Virus record (IMG/VR): IMGVR_UViG_3300025387_000018
Location: 1,579-65,578 of that record
DNA: 64,000 nucleotides
Source: a virus
Taxonomy: Duplodnaviria > Caudoviricetes
Direction: 5' to 3' (one strand)
The position numbers and the translations under genes were made by a program. How positions within the stretch are numbered: the stretch's first letter is position 1; every line of letters begins with the position of its first letter. Under the pieces are notes generated by a model that did no database searches, had not been told where the DNA came from, and was given only the letters and a program-made list of their open reading frames with translations. Positions 54,923 to 64,000 of the stretch are shown in pieces.

Positions 54923-57900
54923 ATGGCAAGAAGAGTTATTTTAGATACCCAATATACATTTACACCATCAACAAGAACGGTAGTGATTCCAAGGGTAATC
55001 CCACGTGAGCGTCTCTTGCTGATCACTAACGTTACCACAAACCAGGTAATCTATAACTTCAGTGACCCAACGCTGACTGCGACTGCTTATACTATCGCAC
55101 AGGGAACAAACACAACTAATCCAACAACAACAGTTGTACTTAACTATAATACAACTGCAATGTCATCTTCTTCACAATTACAGATTGTTGTTGATGAACC
55201 AGCAGAATTGTTTGCTCCTGACGAAGCATATCTTGATCCAGTTGGAAAGATCAGAACTTCACAGCCACAAGCTCTTATTGATACTGACTTTGAGTACGGT
55301 CTTCAGCCAACTAAGTGGGAAACACTTACTCTATTAAATAATCGTCCTAGCTTCTATGTTAACACACAGAATCCATTTACTATCTCTAATGCTAATGCCA
55401 CTAATGGATCTGCAACTATTGCAGTTTACACATCAACACCACCAGCAAATGGTACTCCATTCTTGATGCAAGATTCTGCATTCTCTGGTGGTAATGGACC
55501 ATTCATGGTTGAGTCAACAAACTCAACTGCATTCACCTATACTGCAAGATATCCATATACAGGCACCACTGGTTCGATCTATAATTCTGCATTAACTCAG
55601 GTTTACACTGGTGCTTTCTATACTGGTGCTGCTTATACTCTATCATCACAGCCAACAGTTTCTGGTAATACTATTACTATTACTACTACAGAACCACATG
55701 GATTACAGGTAGGTGATGGTTGTTATATTGCTAACTCTTCTGTGACTTCAGGTGGTCCTATTAATTCTTCTTATCAGATAGCGTCCGTATCCAACAGCAC
55801 AGTGTTCACAGTTCTAACAACAACTTCTCCATCTGGAACTGTCACTAACGCTATCGTTTATCCAAGACCAGATGGTGTATATCTACATCGTGCGTTTGAT
55901 GGTGGTGTTCAATTTACCACAGGTAATCAGGCACATAACAACCAGACAATTCGTCAGACACGTAGATATTTCCGCTACCAATCAGGTAAAGGTATTCAGA
56001 TCTCTACTGGTACAATTCTAAAACCAAATATTAATGTTGATGATATTAGTTCTTCAGGTACAACTGTAACTGTTACTACAAAGATAGCACATCAGATCAA
56101 TGTAGGCGCAACAATTACTGTATCTAGTGCAAACGAAACAGCCTATAATGGATCGTTTACTGTTACAGCTGTTCTTAATGCATTCCAGTTTCAGTATACT
56201 GCCTTATCAACACCATCAGCCACACCAGCAACTGGTCTGCCAGTAGTTTCTGTAACTGGATGGTATGGTGCAGCAAATCGTCTTGGTCTATTTGATAGCC
56301 AAAATGGTATGTTCTTTGAGTTTGATGGTCAGACTCTTTGGGCAGTTCGTAGACGATCAACAGACCAGATCGCTGGTCAGGTAACAGTCACAAACGGTTC
56401 AGCTACTGTAACTGGCGCTACTATCAATGGCGTTACTACAAAGTTCAGTAAACAATTAGTTCCTGGTGATTTCATTGTTATTCGTGGTAGTTCATATAGA
56501 GTATTAGATATTCTTTCTGATACATCTATGACAATTTCACCACCATATCGTGGTTCAACTTTAACTGCACCATCTTATGCTATTGTTTCTAAAACAGTTG
56601 ATATACGTGTTCCACAATCTCAGTTTAATATTGATAAACTTGATGGTACTGGTCCTTCAGGACTTGTTCTTGATCTTTCCAAGATGCAGATGTTCTATCT
56701 AGATTATTCTTGGTATGGCGCTGGTTCACTTCGTATGGGATTCAGAGACACACAAGGTAAGGTGTTCTACTGCCATCGTTTCGTAAACAGTAACCAAAAT
56801 AATGAAGCATGGATGCGTTCTGGTAACTTACCAGGTCGATATGAAACAAATACCATTGCACCAAAGACAGTTCTTGGTGCTTCAATTGATGGTGTTAATA
56901 CTTCAATTCTTCAGGTAAGTAATACTTCAGGTTTTCCAAGTAATGGTACATTGCTTATTTCAGATCCAGCTTCTTACGAATATGTAAACTATACTGGTAT
57001 TTCTGGAAATACATTTACTGGTTTGACCAGAGGTAAGGCATCAAATACTGTTGCTTCTGTATTAACAACAAGTAATAGCGCCCTACTAACAACAACAAGT
57101 GCTCTTACTGGCATCCAACCTGGTATGTTAATTACTGGTACAGGTATTCCAACAAGTACTTATGTATATTCAATTACAACTGGTTCACCAAATAATAGTA
57201 TTGTTATGTCTCAGGCAGCGACTGCCACTGGTACAGTTACATTAAACTTCAACCAGATGGCTTCTGCTAACGCTGCTCATACGTATTCTGCGACAGCACC
57301 AATTGGTGTATATCTTCATGCTCCACAGTTTGCTCCAACTATTTCTCACTGGGGTACTTCTGTTATCATGGATGGTCAGTTTGATAACGATAAATCACTT
57401 ATCTTTACGTTTGGTGAGACGATCCAGACCACTGCTATTTCGGGTAACGTAGCATCTGTAACTGTTACTTCTGGTTCAAATACAGTATCAATCGCCAACA
57501 CTGTTCCGATCTGGCCAGGAATGCTTCTATCAGGAAACAACATTCCTGCTGGTACATATGTTTATTCTGTTGCAGCTGGTTCAACAAATAATACAATTAC
57601 TATGTCTCAGGCAGGTACTGGTACTGGTTCTGCAACAGTTCAGTATAACCAACAAATTGCTATGTTTAGCGTTCGTTCATCACCAGCAGTCGATTCTGGT
57701 GTTCCTAACTCATTAGGATTGAAAGAAATTATCAATCGTATGCAGTTGACTCTAAATAGTACGGACTCTCTTGTTAACGGTTCGTTCTTGATCCAGCTTA
57801 TTCTAAACGGTACACCAATTGCTTCAACCAGTACAACAACAGGTTATACTGGTCCAAACGGAAACCTTTCTTCGTTTGCTCGTATCGCAACTGGTACTTC

Positions 57901-58195
57901 GTCTCTAGCTCAGATTGCTGATCATACTGGTCCATGTTATGTATCTGGCGGTGAAGTGATCTACGGGTTCTATGCAGTGAACTCTGCTGGTTCTACAAAC
58001 CAATCAGTTATTTCTGCAGATCTAACAAAACTTAGAGATCTTGGTAATTCTATTCTTGCTGGTGGTCTAACAAATACTCCTGGCACTAATATCTACCCAG
58101 ACGGTCCAGACGTACTTACAGTTGTTGCTACTAATATTGGTACAGCTAACGCAGTCGTTCAGGGTCGTCTATCATGGACGGAAGCACAGGCATAA
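54923..58195 (+). CDS. large virion structural / tail-associated protein
   Basis: Y.F.P....V, ERLLLITNVT...IYNF, ALIDTDFEYGLQPTKWE, RYFRYQSGKG. Confidence 0.8.
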   Translation: MARRVILDTQYTFTPSTRTVVIPRVIPRERLLLITNVTTNQVIYNFSDPTLTATAYTIAQGTNTTNPTTTVVLNYNTTAMSSSSQLQIVVDEPAELFAPDEAYLDPVGKIRTSQPQALIDTDFEYGLQPTKWETLTLLNNRPSFYVNTQNPFTISNANATNGSATIAVYTSTPPANGTPFLMQDSAFSGGNGPFMVESTNSTAFTYTARYPYTGTTGSIYNSALTQVYTGAFYTGAAYTLSSQPTVSGNTITITTTEPHGLQVGDGCYIANSSVTSGGPINSSYQIASVSNSTVFTVLTTTSPSGTVTNAIVYPRPDGVYLHRAFDGGVQFTTGNQAHNNQTIRQTRRYFRYQSGKGIQISTGTILKPNINVDDISSSGTTVTVTTKIAHQINVGATITVSSANETAYNGSFTVTAVLNAFQFQYTALSTPSATPATGLPVVSVTGWYGAANRLGLFDSQNGMFFEFDGQTLWAVRRRSTDQIAGQVTVTNGSATVTGATINGVTTKFSKQLVPGDFIVIRGSSYRVLDILSDTSMTISPPYRGSTLTAPSYAIVSKTVDIRVPQSQFNIDKLDGTGPSGLVLDLSKMQMFYLDYSWYGAGSLRMGFRDTQGKVFYCHRFVNSNQNNEAWMRSGNLPGRYETNTIAPKTVLGASIDGVNTSILQVSNTSGFPSNGTLLISDPASYEYVNYTGISGNTFTGLTRGKASNTVASVLTTSNSALLTTTSALTGIQPGMLITGTGIPTSTYVYSITTGSPNNSIVMSQAATATGTVTLNFNQMASANAAHTYSATAPIGVYLHAPQFAPTISHWGTSVIMDGQFDNDKSLIFTFGETIQTTAISGNVASVTVTSGSNTVSIANTVPIWPGMLLSGNNIPAGTYVYSVAAGSTNNTITMSQAGTGTGSATVQYNQQIAMFSVRSSPAVDSGVPNSLGLKEIINRMQLTLNSTDSLVNGSFLIQLILNGTPIASTSTTTGYTGPNGNLSSFARIATGTSSLAQIADHTGPCYVSGGEVIYGFYAVNSAGSTNQSVISADLTKLRDLGNSILAGGLTNTPGTNIYPDGPDVLTVVATNIGTANAVVQGRLSWTEAQA

Positions 58196-58198
58196 TAA

Positions 58199-58558
58199 AT
58201 GTCATTAAACAAGCTACAACTAGAAACTGATGGGTTGGTTGTTGGAGTAAACCAACTCGTCACTTCTGGTAACGGTGTATCTGTAGGCAACAATCTAGTC
58301 GTTCAGGGTAATACGTATCTGAACAACGTTACCATCGCTGGTAATACTAGCTTCAGTGGCCCGTTGGTCGTGAACAGCAGCATATATACTAATGGCGCTA
58401 TCACGCTCGCTGCCACTCCGTTCTACGAGACGACTACCACCGTAGCTGCAGATTACTCTATCACATCTGGTATGAACGCTTTCTCACCAGGACCGATCAC
58501 GATAAATGTCGGCATCAACGTAACAGTTCCAGTTGGTTCTACTTGGACTATTTCTTAA
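58199..58558 (+). CDS. small tail-fibre-like protein
   Basis: I..G.NA.S.GP.TI..G..VTVP.GS.W.I motif. Confidence 0.7.
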   Translation: MSLNKLQLETDGLVVGVNQLVTSGNGVSVGNNLVVQGNTYLNNVTIAGNTSFSGPLVVNSSIYTNGAITLAATPFYETTTTVAADYSITSGMNAFSPGPITINVGINVTVPVGSTWTIS

Positions 58559-58567
58559 GAGGTTAGT

Positions 58568-59308
58568 ATGGCAGTACAGATAAACGGATCCGGAACCATT
58601 ACTGGCACTTCAAATATATCTATGACTGGTTCTGGAACTATGTCTGGTATCAAAGGACCTACTCAGACTGTTCTTACATCAGGTTCTGGTACATATACTG
58701 TTCCTACTGGTGTTACTTGGTTACGTGTTAGAATGGTTGGTGGCGGTGGTGGCGCAGGTGGATCATCAAATACTTCATCAGCCGTTGCAGGAACTGGTGG
58801 AGGTGGAAGTAATACTGTTTTTGGGTCATCAACTGCTGGCGGAGGTGGAGGTGGATATGGTGGAAATTCTAATGGCGGCGTTGGTGGCACACCAACTTTA
58901 GGTTCTGGTTTTTCTGGAATTGGTTTATTCGGTGGTATGGGAGGCGCTTCTTATAATAACTATAGTTCCACACCACAAATTGCTGGTGGTCATGGAGGAG
59001 TTTCTCCTTTTGGTGGTGCTGGATCAGCAGGAGCGCCAGCAGGAGCCGCAGGACAAGCTGGATTTGCAGGAGCAACAAATACTGGATCTGGTGGTGGTGG
59101 TGCTGGTGGCGGTACTAATACTAACTTCATTGGCGGTTGTGGTGGTGGAGCAGGAGCTTATATTGACGCTATAATATCTTCTCTGGCATCATCTTATTCA
59201 TATACAGTAGGCGCTGGTGGAACAGCAGGAACTGCCGGAACAGGTGGTTATGCTGGTGGCGCAGGTGGATCAGGTATCATTATAATCGAAGAACATTACG
59301 GATTTTAA
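58568..59308 (+). CDS. glycine-rich tail-fibre module protein
   Basis: paralogue of the C-terminus of 52304..54406. Confidence 0.75.
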   Translation: MAVQINGSGTITGTSNISMTGSGTMSGIKGPTQTVLTSGSGTYTVPTGVTWLRVRMVGGGGGAGGSSNTSSAVAGTGGGGSNTVFGSSTAGGGGGGYGGNSNGGVGGTPTLGSGFSGIGLFGGMGGASYNNYSSTPQIAGGHGGVSPFGGAGSAGAPAGAAGQAGFAGATNTGSGGGGAGGGTNTNFIGGCGGGAGAYIDAIISSLASSYSYTVGAGGTAGTAGTGGYAGGAGGSGIIIIEEHYGF

Positions 59309-59311
59309 AAT

Positions 59312-60484
59312 ATGCCAATTAAACTAAACTCAGCAGGTGGTGGTTCAGTAACAATTAATCCAGCAAACACTGCAGCGACTACTACGCTGACTGTTCCTGC
59401 TACTAATGCCAACCTTGTTACTACTGGAGACAGCGGTACTGTTGCTCCTGCGATGCTTTCGTCTGGTGCACCATCATGGGATTCAAGCGGCAACTTAACA
59501 ACATCTGGCACAATTGTTAGTGGTAATGCAACTGGTTTTAGAAATCGTATTATTAATGGTGCAATGCAGATATGGCAGAGAAGTACATCTAGCACGTCTG
59601 CTGGTTATCAAACAGTTGATAGGTGGTATGAAAACGCATCAAATACTACTACATTTTCTCAAGAAACGTCATTTGTTCCTTCTGGATTTCAGAATGCTAT
59701 TAAGTTACTTGCAAGTTCAACTGCTATAATGTGGATACAACAACCAATTGAAACTAAAAATTGTTACGATCTACAAGGTCAAACTGTAACAGTAAGCTGT
59801 TATTTAGCAGCATCAGTTAATACTGGAATAAATATAAATTTATATTATAGTACATCAGCAGATAATCCTGCTTCTGGATCATGGACGAATCTCGGTAGCG
59901 CAGTATCAGTAACCGCTACATCATCTTATGTTAGATATACTGCAACATTTACTGTTCCATCTAATGCGCTGACTCTGTTACCTCAAATTGTCACAACAAC
60001 ATCAGTTGCTTCTGGAGTTGCAATCTATATTACTGGCGTTCAGCTAGAAGCTGGCTCAAAAGCCACGCCATTTGAAATTAGACCTTATGGAACAGAACTA
60101 ACTTTGTGTCAAAGATATTTCTGTAAGAATGCTGGTCCAGAAACACCAGTTCCTGCTAATGGATCTGTATATAGCGGTCCAGGTTTTTCTTCTGGTAGTT
60201 TTGGAACATATGCCACAACATCAGGTTATTCTCCTTGGCTCGCATTTCCAACTGCAATGCGAGCTACTCCTACTATATCTGGTATAAATACTAACCTTGT
60301 TACTAGCCCAGTTGCTGGTAGCTGGTCAGTTTACACCAGCGGTTCTTGGGTAAATGCATCTTTAACTGTCCAACAGGCAACAACTATGGGTTTTTGCTTA
60401 AATGTAAATCTTTCATCTGCAGGATTTACCGCATATGGTTCTTCTTTGTGGTATGGAGCATGGACAGCATCAGCAGAATTATAA
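59312..60484 (+). CDS. tail fibre / receptor-binding protein with CBM-like domain
   Basis: RNRIING.M.I.QR, DRW, TGVQLE.G..ATPFE.R..G.EL.LCQRYF. Confidence 0.8.
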   Translation: MPIKLNSAGGGSVTINPANTAATTTLTVPATNANLVTTGDSGTVAPAMLSSGAPSWDSSGNLTTSGTIVSGNATGFRNRIINGAMQIWQRSTSSTSAGYQTVDRWYENASNTTTFSQETSFVPSGFQNAIKLLASSTAIMWIQQPIETKNCYDLQGQTVTVSCYLAASVNTGININLYYSTSADNPASGSWTNLGSAVSVTATSSYVRYTATFTVPSNALTLLPQIVTTTSVASGVAIYITGVQLEAGSKATPFEIRPYGTELTLCQRYFCKNAGPETPVPANGSVYSGPGFSSGSFGTYATTSGYSPWLAFPTAMRATPTISGINTNLVTSPVAGSWSVYTSGSWVNASLTVQQATTMGFCLNVNLSSAGFTAYGSSLWYGAWTASAEL

Positions 60485-60493
60485 AGGTATATA

Positions 60494-61669
60494 ATGTCAA
60501 CACTTAAAGTTATAAATCTTCAACACCCCTCATCGTCAAACACTATGACGTTCGACGCTAATGGCAACGTCACAATTGCTGGTACTCCTATCAATCAGTA
60601 TCAGGGTATGAAGAATCGTATCATAAATGGCGACATGAGAATTGATCAGAGATTTGCAGGAACTGCTAACACCGTAACTACAAGTGCATACAGTCTTGAT
60701 AGGTGGGCTACTAATGCCACTCAGTCTTCAAAATATTCGTTTCAACAGAACGCTGGATCAATTACTCCACCAGTAGGATTTACTAATTATCTTGGTATAA
60801 CTTCACTTTCTTCTTATTCTCTTAGTTCAACAGATTGGTTCACGCTACAACAGGGTGTTGAAGGATATAATATTTCTGATTTAAGCTGGGGAACATCGAG
60901 TGCTAGACCCGTAACACTATCTTTTTGGGTAAGATCTAGTCTAACAGGACTGTTTGGTGGATCATTATCAAATTCAGATGTTTCTAGATCATATGCATAC
61001 ACATACACAATTAATACTCCTAATACTTGGCAATATGTATCTATGACAATTCCAGGAGATACTATAGGAACATGGTTAACAAATAATGGTGTAGGAATTC
61101 GTGTATATATAAGTCTTGGTTGCGGTACCTCTCAATCGACAACAGCAAATGTTTGGTCATCTGGTTTTTATAACGCTCCTGCAGGAAACGTTTCAGTAGT
61201 AGGCACTAATGGCGCTACATTTTATATCACAGGTGTGCAGCTAGAAGTAGGAACAACTGCCACCGCATTTGAGAGAAGACACTTTGGAACTGAGATGACT
61301 CTATGTCAGAGATACTTCTCAAAGAGTTATGACATAGGAACAATACCAGGAACGGCAACACAGGTAGGTTTGCAGGGTGGAGCTTTTCAAGGAGCGTCTG
61401 GACTTGGTGGTGCATATGGAGCTATACAGTATCCAGTTGCGATGAGAGCAGCACCTAGTATTACTCTATGGGACGGCGCTGGTAGTTCTAACGTCTTATC
61501 TTATACGTATGGTGCCGCAGGTTCAGCGCAGTCGATATTAAATGGTGGGGCGCTGTGGGGCGCTGCCGGAGCATTCAATATAGGCACGACGTCTTTCTTC
61601 TTTAGACCGACAGGGGCACAGGCCAGTTCACTATCATACGTCCACTACACAGCATCATCAGAATTATAA
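60494..61669 (+). CDS. tail fibre / receptor-binding protein with CBM-like domain (paralogue of the upstream gene)
   Basis: KNRIINGDMRIDQR, TGVQLE.G..AT.FE.R..G.E..LCQRYF. Confidence 0.8.
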   Translation: MSTLKVINLQHPSSSNTMTFDANGNVTIAGTPINQYQGMKNRIINGDMRIDQRFAGTANTVTTSAYSLDRWATNATQSSKYSFQQNAGSITPPVGFTNYLGITSLSSYSLSSTDWFTLQQGVEGYNISDLSWGTSSARPVTLSFWVRSSLTGLFGGSLSNSDVSRSYAYTYTINTPNTWQYVSMTIPGDTIGTWLTNNGVGIRVYISLGCGTSQSTTANVWSSGFYNAPAGNVSVVGTNGATFYITGVQLEVGTTATAFERRHFGTEMTLCQRYFSKSYDIGTIPGTATQVGLQGGAFQGASGLGGAYGAIQYPVAMRAAPSITLWDGAGSSNVLSYTYGAAGSAQSILNGGALWGAAGAFNIGTTSFFFRPTGAQASSLSYVHYTASSEL

Positions 61670-61681
61670 CAGGAGATTATC

Positions 61682-61912
61682 ATGTATAAACTAACAAATT
61701 CAACGACTATCATTCGAATTGAAGACAACGCTTTCATCCCTAACGATCCAGCAAACTCCGACTATAGGGCGTATCTCGCATGGGTAGAAGAAGGAAACAC
61801 GCCTGAACCAGCAGATCCAGATCCAGTTCCAACACCACTAACGCCTGCAGAGAAGCTTGCAGCTGCTGGTCTTACGGTCGATGAACTTAAAACTCTACTA
61901 GGTATTAAATAA
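61682..61912 (+). CDS. tail-fibre assembly-like small protein
   Basis: FIP.DP.N.DY..YL.W...GNTPEPAD. Confidence 0.7.
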   Translation: MYKLTNSTTIIRIEDNAFIPNDPANSDYRAYLAWVEEGNTPEPADPDPVPTPLTPAEKLAAAGLTVDELKTLLGIK

Positions 61913-61940
61913 TAATAAATAATAATTAAAAAGGTAATAA

Positions 61941-62141
61941 ATGGCACAGAATCAAAATATCGGTCTATTAGGTCAGTATCTAACGGTAAACACAGCCGCT
62001 AACTCTGTCGCTGTTAACGCCACCTCCATTACCTTTGGAAACTCAGTTTCGAACTGCGTCATAAATAGTACGTCGATATATATTAATGGTATTGATTATA
62101 ATCCAACAACCGCATTGGCAATTGCAGTCGCTTTAAGTTAA
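61941..62141 (+). CDS. small fibre-anchor-like protein (66 aa)
   Basis: N-terminus like 50780/52304; ends ALAIAVALS; AAGG RBS. Confidence 0.65.
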   Translation: MAQNQNIGLLGQYLTVNTAANSVAVNATSITFGNSVSNCVINSTSIYINGIDYNPTTALAIAVALS

Positions 62142-62151
62142 GGAATTAAGT

Positions 62152-62472
62152 ATGCCAGCTACGTTTAAGAACTTTCAAAGCAGAGCGGTTGGAACGACTA
62201 ATACCCAAGTTGGTTCATATACAGTTGCTTCGTCGACTAACGCTATGTTGTTGACTCTATCCCTTTCTAATATCACCACATCTCCAGTAACCGCCAACGT
62301 CTATCACTATAACGGGACGAGCAACACGTCTGTCGTTTCGCTAGCTCCTATTCCCGTCGGCGGTTCTCTAGAAATTAACAAGATTGCTCTACAGACCGGT
62401 CACGCGATTTACGTTGTTTCTAATACAGCCAGTTCTATAGACGCCATATTATCTGTAATGGAGTTAACGTAG
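62152..62472 (+). CDS. conserved small structural protein
   Basis: TFK.....VGT....V..Y.V, IP.G.SL, ID...S.ME. Confidence 0.7.
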   Translation: MPATFKNFQSRAVGTTNTQVGSYTVASSTNAMLLTLSLSNITTSPVTANVYHYNGTSNTSVVSLAPIPVGGSLEINKIALQTGHAIYVVSNTASSIDAILSVMELT

Positions 62473-64000
62473 TTGTCAGGATTCATCGGACCAAGACCGA
62501 CAGACGTACCAATAGGAACTATCAGTACTATAGGAACAGTGTCTGCCAACTCTATCGTTGTTGGTACTAATAACGTAACTATTGGCAACGCTGCCTATTT
62601 TGTTTCTAATGGTAACGTTGGTATTGGTACGAGTAGCCCATCGTATAAATTACAAATAGCAAACGGAACTGTTGGTGTTACAGGAACACCGACACAACTT
62701 GGCAATACTATTGGACTTACCGGAAATATTGTTACCAGTGGATTATATCTCGGATTCTTTAGCAATCCAAACACGGTTTCATCTGTTGCCCAATTCACAG
62801 CAATAGGTCAATTCAATCAACCTCTATTGAACACCAATGGTTATACCACAGTAGGTTACGGTACTCTTAATATTCCTATTGCTGCAAGTTCTACCGGCAC
62901 TGATAGAGTTATTTTATATGGATCATACAGTGGTGCTGTCAGAAATTCTAATAATGATATATCAACAGCAACAAATTCTGCCACTTATGGATCTATAACT
63001 CTTGCTGGTCATTACAATAGCACCAACACATCAATAAGTTATACTTCTGGAAATGCTTTTGGTCTTTTAGGTGCCGCTTATAATTATAACGGCACTATTA
63101 CTAATATGTATGGTGGTAATTTTGCAAATTATATCGGCGCATTGGCAGGATTCAGCGGATCATCAACAACTGCCTATGGTGTTTATACTGTTGCTCAAGT
63201 CGGTGCAGCATCAGGATCTGGAACAGGTACACTAACCAATTACTATGATGCTTACTTGGCTGGTGTGACCGTTGCTGCTACCGGCACAGTAACTAACAAG
63301 TATGGTGTTTATCAGAACGCTACAGACCACATTAACTACTTTGGTGGTAATCTTGGTATTGGTACAAATTCACCATCAAATCTATTACACGTTTCTCAAG
63401 CGTCAACAGACTTTCAAGCGCGTATAACTGGTACTAGCGCTGGTAATGCTGGTTCATTGCGATGTTATAACGACGGCGGGCAAGCATTAGGAATTGGTTT
63501 AACAGGTTCTACAAACGCTGGTTATGGAACAAATTTAGGTTTTGTTGGTACTATTACTAATAATCCATTGATACTTTTACAGAATAATACAGAACGTATG
63601 CGTCTTGATAGTTCTGGTAATCTTGGTCTAGGTGTGGCTCCGAGTGCTTGGACAAGCACATTTAAAGCGTTTGATTTTGGCGCTGGTGGTTCGTTATCAG
63701 CATTCAATAATCTTCAAATATTCTTAAGTCAAAACGCATATTACTCATCATCTGCATGGCGCTATACTTCCGCTGCGTCAGCTTCGCAATACTGGCAATA
63801 CGGTGGAAATCATCTTTGGTTGTCATCAACCGGAACGCCAGTAAAAGATGGCGTTATTACTTTTAATCAAAATATGACGCTGGATGCTAGTGGTAACATG
63901 TTGCTTGGCGGAACATCTCAATACGGATCAGCAAAACAATCAATACTCTCTAGTAGTATTCCGCAAATTTCAATGCGAGACAACGGCGCAACGGCAGGTA
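62473..64000 (+). CDS. tail fibre protein, 3-prime partial (TTG start)
   Basis: GGAG RBS; open frame LSGFIGPRP... with YFVSNGNVGIGT and MRLDSSGNLGLG, running off the window. Confidence 0.75.
   Translation, partial: MSGFIGPRPTDVPIGTISTIGTVSANSIVVGTNNVTIGNAAYFVSNGNVGIGTSSPSYKLQIANGTVGVTGTPTQLGNTIGLTGNIVTSGLYLGFFSNPNTVSSVAQFTAIGQFNQPLLNTNGYTTVGYGTLNIPIAASSTGTDRVILYGSYSGAVRNSNNDISTATNSATYGSITLAGHYNSTNTSISYTSGNAFGLLGAAYNYNGTITNMYGGNFANYIGALAGFSGSSTTAYGVYTVAQVGAASGSGTGTLTNYYDAYLAGVTVAATGTVTNKYGVYQNATDHINYFGGNLGIGTNSPSNLLHVSQASTDFQARITGTSAGNAGSLRCYNDGGQALGIGLTGSTNAGYGTNLGFVGTITNNPLILLQNNTERMRLDSSGNLGLGVAPSAWTSTFKAFDFGAGGSLSAFNNLQIFLSQNAYYSSSAWRYTSAASASQYWQYGGNHLWLSSTGTPVKDGVITFNQNMTLDASGNMLLGGTSQYGSAKQSILSSSIPQISMRDNGATAG

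Noticed and set aside
45446-64000. Diversity-generating retroelement acting on tail fibres
   Set aside because: No reverse transcriptase is present. The repeats found are exact or differ at synonymous positions rather than at adenines, and they are internal rather than C-terminal VR/TR pairs.
4774-64000. Introns or inteins in core genes
   Set aside because: Core genes are contiguous and of expected length, with no splice-junction motifs seen. The GIY-YIG gene is free-standing.

Overview
This is a 64-kb segment of an AT-rich T4-like myophage genome. The host is probably an alphaproteobacterium, inferred from an alpha-type two-piece tmRNA. Layout: (1) 1-13.3 kb holds small divergently transcribed early ORFs behind about 10 sigma70-like promoters, a non-coding repeat region at 0.5-1.9 kb, an AAA ATPase, a flavin-dependent halogenase-like gene, three 2OG-Fe(II)/cupin oxygenases and DUF932. 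(2) 13.4-15.1 kb holds a circularly permuted tmRNA, tRNA-Arg(UCU), a GIY-YIG homing endonuclease and an L,D-transpeptidase. (3) 15.2-17.5 kb holds gp33, an HExxH peptidase, gp59 and gp32. (4) 17.5-22.9 kb on the minus strand holds a tape-measure/hub-like protein with two peptidoglycan hydrolase domains, gp51-like, gp26-like, gp54-like, gp2 and gp4. (5) 22.9-64 kb holds the baseplate genes (48, 53, hub, split 5, 25, 6, 7, 9/10-like, 8, split VrlC) and a long array of modular Asn/Ser/Thr-rich tail-fibre genes. The top leads are an apparent programmed -1 frameshift fusing gp26-like to a start-less gp51-like ORF just upstream of the tape-measure gene (lambda G/GT-like), the permuted tmRNA, dense N-X-S/T sequons in tail proteins, and helically phased GACAC repeats at the strand switch. 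All assignments are by eye from motifs, no searches were run, and counts are approximate hand counts.
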